Source: Nemertoderma westbladi
Lineage: Eukaryota; Animalia; Xenacoelomorpha
Reading direction: 5' to 3'
Assembly: GCA_032718475.1 (NCBI GenBank)
Contig: JAUCBJ010006713.1
Location: 1-64,000 of the forward strand
DNA length: 64,000 nt
The notes below the pieces were generated by a model. The model was not told where the DNA came from and did not search any database. It saw nothing but the letters and a program-made list of their open reading frames with translations. The position numbers were made by a program, and so were the translations under genes. Shown piece by piece: positions 56,956-64,000 of the stretch; within the stretch, counting starts at the first letter, position 1, and each line of letters opens with the position of its first letter.

Positions 56956-57607
56956 AGAAACGTTCCACCGACCCGAAACCCAATCCTATAGTCGAATGTA
57001 TTACAATTTATTTTAAGGAGGATTGATACTATCCTTTGCGAGTCATTCCATTCAATTCACCAGCTTTGTTTGGCCGTAGAACTTCTGGATAAACCCAAGG
57101 CTTCCTGTGAAACAGAAGGAACACTTCCATGTTCTAGTGATACATCACAACTCGTATTAGTTATATAACTTATATTATCTCAATTATTATAATTAGTTAT
57201 ATAAGTTCTAGGAATTGATCTCAATGTTGATCCCAAAGGTAACAATAAAATCGAATGCGAACAATATACAACTTTATAATTCCGATAATTTCTTTGCCAA
57301 AAATTATTAAATTTGTATTTATTGAATTAAAAGCAAAAATTAATATTTTAATGATTAATTTTGTATTATCGCTCAGAACATCCGTAAATTATTTACTATA
57401 TAAATCAAAATCAAAAATATATTAAATGTTGTTAAAAATTAAAATGAATCAAACTTATGTTTAGAATGGGGTGTTGGAAACTCCACTGAAGCTCCAGGAA
57501 GCCTTGGCTGTTCGTTTCCTTACAAAATATTATCGGATGGTTCGGGTCAATGTTTGTTGGTTTTTTTCTTCATAAAACATAACAGTTGACGAACCGCTAT
57601 AAAGTTT

Positions 57608-58357
57608 AACCGCTGTCTGTATGCTACCAACCGCTGTCTGTATGCTACCAACCGCTGTCTGTCTGTATGCTACCAACCGCTGTCTGTATGTATGCTACTA
57701 ACCGCTGTCTGTATGTATGCTACCAACCGCTGTCTGTATGTATGCTACCAACCGCTGTCTGTATGTATGCTACCAACCGCTGTCTGTATGTATGCTACCA
57801 ACCGCTGTCTGTATGTATGCTACCAACCGCTGTCTGTATGTATGCTACCAACCGCTGTCTGTATGTATGCTACGAACCGCTGTCTGTCTGTATGCTACTA
57901 ACCGCTGTCTGTATGCTACTAACCGCTGTCTGTATGCTACCAACCGCTGTCTGTCTGTATGCTACCAACCACTGTCTGTATGCTACTAACCGCTGTCTGT
58001 ATGCTACCAACCGCTGTCTGTCTGTATGCTACCAACCGCTGTCTGTCTGTATGCTACTAACCGCTGTCTGTATGCTACCAACCGCTGTCTGTATGCTACT
58101 AACCGCTGTCTGTATGCTACCAACCGCTGTCTGTATGCTACTAACCGCTGTCTGTATGCTACCAACCGCTGTCTGTATGCTACCAACCGCTGTCTGTATG
58201 CTACCAACCGCTGTCTGTATGCTACTAACCGCTGTCTGTATGCTACCAACCGCTGTCTGTATGCTACTAACCGCTGTCTGTATGCTACCAACCGCTGTCT
58301 GTATGCTACCAACCGCTGTCTGTATGCTACCAACCGCTGTCTGTCTGTATGCTACCA
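57608..58357. repeat. 21/25-bp minisatellite (AACCGCTGTCTGTATGCTACC)
   Basis: About 33 tandem units with 4-bp indel variants. Confidence 0.95.
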
Positions 58358-59655
58358 AAAGAATCGCTAATATTAGTTTCTCATTCAATTATGTAAAGCT
58401 GGTGAGGTTTATTTCTATTTATTTATAGAACAATATAAAACTTGTAAACCTTCCTCTGAGTTAGAACCCTGACGGTGTATTATTTATTTATTATGTTAAT
58501 GTTTTTAAACAAAAACATAACCGTAATGTTATTTTATTACGGTAATTGTTAACCACTGTTCATTTTTATTCCAACAGCTTTGATTAATTATCATACCTTT
58601 TGCAGCTACTAAATATGTTTAATTTATAATTAAATTAACTAATTAATACTCCCATATAGTAATATTAATAAATTAAATAATATATATTTTGATGTAATAC
58701 CGTTTTTGTTCGTGTAGACTGTTGTAGGTCTGGTATTTTATGTCAGCCCTCACGTATCCTCGACAGATATGTATTCATTGTAGTATTTACTCGTTTAATA
58801 TTGCAGCTTTAATAACTTTATTATTTAAGGCTTTTATTTTTATTAACACTATGACGGTTTATACAGCGAGTTGCAGACTGGCCTACATTGCTGGTGGAAA
58901 CTAATTTGGTGGGAAATTACATGAAAGTTTATTGAATGATTTTGTCCTTCCCTATTAATAACTTCCTAATAAATTAATGTTAACCCCAATAATACAATAT
59001 ATTAGTGGGGGGGAACATCAACATAAATATTGTATTTTTGAGGGGGAACTAGGTAAACTGGAGATTATTTTATGTCTTATGACATTCCAATTAAATAATA
59101 ATTGAATTTAGTTTAAAAACGGATGGGACTCACTTTCACCGCCCTTTTAGATTAATTTATCCCCAAATACAAATAAGATATATAAGATATATAAGTAGTA
59201 CACTAACGCTGTGAGTTATTGGTTCGCATGGTTAAATTTTACAAAGAGGTCAAGGGAGCTGTCCATATTTTAACTTTTTCAGAACAAATTCTGACGGGGT
59301 TGGATCAAAAAATGTCCAAACACATCACATATGGTTAGCTATAACTCCTATTTCAGTAGAATTTTGATATCCAATATAAGTAATGCACACCAGTTTTATC
59401 ATATTAATACAATGTAAAACATCCACTGCACGTTCGCGTATATTTCGACGTACACAGCAATTCAATTACAGAAGTTTCATTACTTGCTTAGGTATAATGG
59501 TGTAGCAGATAACACAATGAGCAAACAAACCATCCAGAAACGCGGTTTTATACGACTCTTTCTCGTCGTGTCTTTCGTTGTACCCAATCTGAAACCGTTG
59601 AGATCTAAATCTCGAAGAAAACAACGACCAAAAACTCAAATGTCGCCGTTCCTAG

Positions 59656-60003
59656 GGGGCCGGCCAAGTATGACGTCTGCACTTTTCCCCAAAATGTTGA
59701 CCCCCTCCCTCCCCTAAATCAGATGTCATCAGATAGGCGTTGAACCCCCCCCTAAATCAGATTAAAAAACTTTTCGCGTCCTAATCACTGAAACATGGTG
59801 AACTGAAACAGAAGTGCTACGGGCCTTCGGGGGCTTCGAACAATTAAAATAGGCAAGCTATTTACTCTTCTGCTATATCTCTTCTAGCACCTATAAATGA
59901 ACATGCTGACGTCAGATTTTGGCTGACCCCCTCCCCTCATCAGCACGTTATCAGATTTTCCCAACCCCCTCTAAAAGTGCTGACGTCATACTTGGACGTC
60001 CCC
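59656..60003. mobile_element. MITE with 3-bp TSD (Zator/Harbinger-like)
   Basis: TIRs GGGG(C/A)CG(G/T)CCAAGTATGACGTC(T/A)GCACTTTT; TSD TAG. Confidence 0.8.
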
Positions 60004-60889
60004 TAGGTATAAATTTAAAAATAAATTTACATTTATAAAACACCAGTATCTATTTTATATGGTAGCTTAATTTTTATAGACTGGGCGCTTAAGGTTATGT
60101 GATTAAAAATATCAATATTTTACTATCAAAAATGTCTACATATTTACGCTCATGATTAGCTGACTCATAACAGAAAAACCACCTCAGTCTTAGTCCATTA
60201 CTCGAAACGTGATTGTTTGCTATAGGAATTTCTGCCATTATTACAGCAGTTTGTATAACTTTGGTATCATTTCTAACCATAATTCCTAACCTACCGTAGA
60301 TTACATTCTATACTAACTAAATAATCTATACTCCATAAATTTTTGTCGTATACCATTTGTTTATTGTTTTTGTGCTGCCTGATTTTGTAACAGTCTAATT
60401 TCTAAATATTTCTCTAATTATTATTAATTTAAAAAGTTTATACTTTTCTGAAACGCACGTTCGTGTAATGTAGTTTTAGTAAAAATAATGTCTGATCGTA
60501 ATTAGTTTTTTGTTAGTTAGTGCGTAAATAAATGTTATGTTTCTCATCGGGGGTATACCAGTGTGCAGGAATAATATTTATTTACTAAAGTGAGCAATGG
60601 ATCCGATGACTTGCTCACTTGGTTAATAAATCCCATTATTTTTGGTGGATTATAGTTATGTGATGTACCGGTAATGTAGTTTCAGCTTTTAGCTGTATTC
60701 CTATCATCCGTTTATATGTCATTCAAGTATATAAATTTATTGATCATTTTAGTAAATTATATCGCAATTTGACTATTTCTGCATCTAATTCTGTAATAAA
60801 TTATTGATCCTAGAAATATCTTATGTTAATTTTGAAATCTTATTTTCATCTAAAAGCTGAGCTCTCTCAGATTTAATTAATTGTGAGAA

Positions 60890-61913
60890 CCGCCGCCAAT
60901 CAGGGCCGTTTGAAACGGGATCAGGTCAGCCGCCAGTCAGGGCCGTTTGAAACGGGATCAGGTCAGCCGCCAGTCAGGGCCGTTTGAAACGGGATCAGGT
61001 CAGCCGCCAGTCAGGGCCGTTTGAAACGGGGCCATTATTGGAGAACCATGGTCAGCCGCCAGTCAGGGCCGTTTGAAACGGGATCAGGTCAGCCGCCAGA
61101 CAGGGCCGTTTGAAACGGGGCCATTATTGGAGAACCATGGTCAGCCGCCAATCAGGGCCGTTTGAAACGGGATCAGGTCAGCCGCCAGTCAGGGCCGTTT
61201 GAAACGGGGCCATTATTGGAGAACCATGGTCAGCCGCCAGTCAGGGCCGTTTGAAACCGGATCAGGTCAGCCGCCAGACAGGGCCGTTTGAAACGGGGCC
61301 ATTATTGGAGAACCATGGTCAGCCGCCAGTCAGGGCCGTTTGAAATGGGACCATTATTGGAGAACCATGGTCAGCCGCCAGTCAGGGCCGTTTGAAACGG
61401 GATCAGGTCAGCCGCCAGACAGGGCCGTTTGAAACGGGGCCATTATTGGAGAACCATGGTCAGCCGCCAGTCAGGGCCGTTTGAAACGGGATCAGGTCAG
61501 CCGCCAGACAGGGCCGTTTGAAACGGGGCCATTATTGGAGAACCATGGTCAGCCGCCAGTCAGGGCCGTTTGAAACGGGATCAGGTCAGCCGGCAGTCAG
61601 GGCCGTTTGAAATGGGACCATTATTTGAGAACCATGGTAAGCCGCCAGTCAGGGCCGTTTGAAACGGGATCAGGTAAGCCGCCAGTCAGGGCCGTTTGAA
61701 ACGGGATCAGGTAAGCCGCCAGTCAGGGCCGTTTGAAACGGGATCAGGTAAGCCGCCAGTCAGGGCCGTTTGAAACGGGATCAGGTCAGCCGCCAGTCAG
61801 GGTCGTTTGAAACGGGGCCATTATTGGAGAACCATGGTAAGCCGCCAGTCAGGGCCGTTTGAAACGGGATCAGGTCAGCCGCCAGTCAGGGCCGTTCGTA
61901 ATGGGACCATTAT
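60890..61913. repeat. Two-unit minisatellite (37-bp and 52-bp units sharing a ~33-bp core)
   Basis: Core GGTCAGCCGCCAGTCAGGGCCGTTTGAAACGGG followed by ATCA or GCCATTATTGGAGAACCAT. Confidence 0.95.
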
Positions 61914-62086
61914 TGTCAACAATGTCACAATGAGTCTAGTGAAATCATGTAATGGTTATATGAAAATGTGAAATATTCGTTTGGATTACACTTGGGGTAT
62001 TTTTCAAATTAGTTGCAGGCGTCTCTGCCACATTATAAGCTATTTACTAATATTGTTATAATTCAATTTTAAATATAATCAGATTT

Positions 62087-63079
62087 GAGGCCATCCATAA
62101 ATGACGTCACGCTGGACAGGGGGGGGGGGGTTGGTATTTCGTGACGATTTGTGACGAGGGGGAGGGGGGTGTCCGCAATATCGTGACGTCACATTATAAG
62201 TTTCCGATAAAATTACTGTATATTAAATACATAACGTGTATACTTGTATACTATTAAACGTGTATACTATTAACGTGTTTACTATTAAACTATTACCTCT
62301 TCCAATGATAACCATAAAATCTTACCTTACGACCTTTACTGCCCCTCCATATTTGGTAAAATTAGAGAGTGTGTTTGTAAAGAATGTCATCTTTTTGAAT
62401 CGAAATTTTTACTAAAAATCTTACATCCCTTCATGGTAGCGGTAGTTCCAAAACCCGTTTTGAATATCAATCACCTGCGACTACTACTAGGATCGCATGC
62501 TGCATTGCAGCTGCATTTTTAAGAATGCTGTGCCGGCTTGTCGACAAAATTGCGCCGCCACAACTCCCTATCACCCATGACATTTGCTAGATCATCCGCA
62601 TCTTTAAGTCCAGTGCCCTTTATAATGCGTCTCAAGAATATCATGGGCTGACCACCATGCTTATTCACTTCATGAGGCTGCCAAAGTAAAAGATTATGCA
62701 CTGGCTGGTCCTCACGGCGAAAGCAATGTCCTGCAAAGCGGAGGCCGATCCCCTGCGAACACATACCCAGTAGCTGATGTCCCACCAATGGCCATTATAA
62801 GCACGACAGACCACCTGCAGTGCCCATGGGAGCATGTCTGAAAAACTCGTATTACTGTAATTCAGTAATTTGTAATATTAGTTTATATCTATAGTTTATA
62901 GTTGACAAATTTATTCCAGATTTATTGTTCTAATAATATAAGAGTAATAATTTAATTTTATTTAGTGTGACGTGACATAGGGGAGGGGGGGGGGTAGCCA
63001 TTTCGTGACGATTTGTAACGAAAGGGGGGGGGGGTCAAAAATGTCTTTAAAAAACGTGACGTCATTTATGGATGGCCCC
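62087..63079. mobile_element. Zator-like MITE containing an RTE fragment
   Basis: TIRs G(A/G)GGCCATCCATAAATGACGTCACG; 3-bp TSD TTT. Confidence 0.8.
62481..62748 (-). mobile_element. RTE LINE 3' fragment (same family as 8711-9415)
   Basis: LRFAGHCFRREDQPVHNL...DRELWR; CTACTACTAG tail. Confidence 0.85.
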
Positions 63080-63149
63080 TTTGTTATTGTATTAATAAAA
63101 CCATTAACAAGCAGAATTGTTTTTATTTATAACGAACCTGCAGGCCAGG

Positions 63150-64000
63150 GTAGTTCTTGGCAAGATTTGAGCCGTTCAAAACACGATGTGGTTATGTATA
63201 TATAGGATAACCATCCAATATCTCAAAAACTCAAGCGGGTACGCAAAGATTTTAAGAGCAAACGAATTTGAACGAAGAGCAAACAAATGAATTTTGGTTG
63301 CGCAGAAGACTGTATACATAGAGAAGGATATACACCCGGCGGTACGACGAGAGAGAGCAAGGTTGCATGAAGTAGAAAACAAAGAGAAAGAGAAACCTGA
63401 AAACCAAGGATGTCGCATTGTTTACGACTACAGAGCCGGCATCGTGTATCGGGATGGTACGATTATTGACCGTTATCAGCCAAAGTTCTTTCAATAGCAC
63501 AGGCCCGACAACAGTCAATACAGTTCTACTAGTATTTATGGTGATGGGAATGATGATAATAGTAAGCCTAATAACTTGTTGAAAATACTTTCTTGGAATA
63601 TAGGAGGTGTAAGGGAAAAATTACTAAACTCCAACTGTCTTAATTATTTACAGAAATTCTTTTTAATTTGGCTTTACGAAATAAAGCCTGGGTATAACTG
63701 TATCTTGTTCGGGATATCAGAACTCAGCTAAAGATGATCACAGGGGGGGGGGGGGGGGGCTTTTAATAAAAAACTATTTAGTGGGCGACATCGAATTAGT
63801 TGATACTAGTTTCATTGGATTTATATTAGCAAGATTTCATTCACTCGGACAGTACGAGTTTAGCGGCGGTTACATCGAACCAAAAGATTCGCTATTTTAT
63901 GACGATAAATTATGGGGGGTTCTTCAGGGACTTTGCTTAGGAGATAGAGAGAAACGGCTTGTGTTTGGTGACCTTAACGCAAGAGTTTATCATCCGAAAA
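63150..64000 (+). mobile_element. Degenerate LINE: ORF1 C-terminus and start of ORF2 endonuclease (RTE-X-like)
   Basis: VYIEKDIHPAVRRERARL...KPENQGC...DRYQPKFFQ* then LKILSWNIGGVREKL, G-rich segment, VFGDLNAR (APE motifs); continues past the window. Confidence 0.65.

Noticed and set aside
57667-58428. Long ORFs in several frames
   Set aside because: Artefacts of a stop-free 21/25-bp minisatellite.
60890-61913. CRISPR array (37-bp unit containing GTTTGAAAC with a palindrome)
   Set aside because: No unique spacers (only two alternating tails), no cas genes, and a eukaryotic intron-containing context.

Overview
AT-rich metazoan (probably invertebrate) genomic DNA dominated by nested transposable elements, with one clear host gene: Rab14 (3 coding exons, 51675-56707, +, 215 aa). 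Left to right: a PIF/Harbinger-like MITE; a 5'-truncated CR1/L2-group LINE; an L2 fragment split by an antisense RTE fragment; a decayed BEL/Pao LTR element (BEL-1) between inverted 21-bp minisatellite arrays; and a young, apparently intact 16-kb BEL/Pao element (BEL-2, 25215-41253, 2.26-kb LTRs, CTACT TSD, 2922-aa polyprotein). BEL-2 sits inside what appears to be the 3' part of a Gag-PR-only BEL (BEL-3). Further right are hAT/Merlin/MULE/Zator-like MITEs, minisatellites and the start of another LINE. The most unusual object is BEL-2's cis-acting RNA architecture. It has 8 dispersed copies of a 20-nt hairpin occurring in all three reading frames, one with a compensatory base change. It lacks a tRNA-type PBS but has a 10-nt post-LTR sequence complementary to an LTR-internal hairpin (possible self-priming). 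It also carries a tRNA-like Pol III cassette in each LTR, and splice signals that could make an env-position subgenomic mRNA for a small orphan ORF. All family assignments are by-eye motif recognition; no searches were run.
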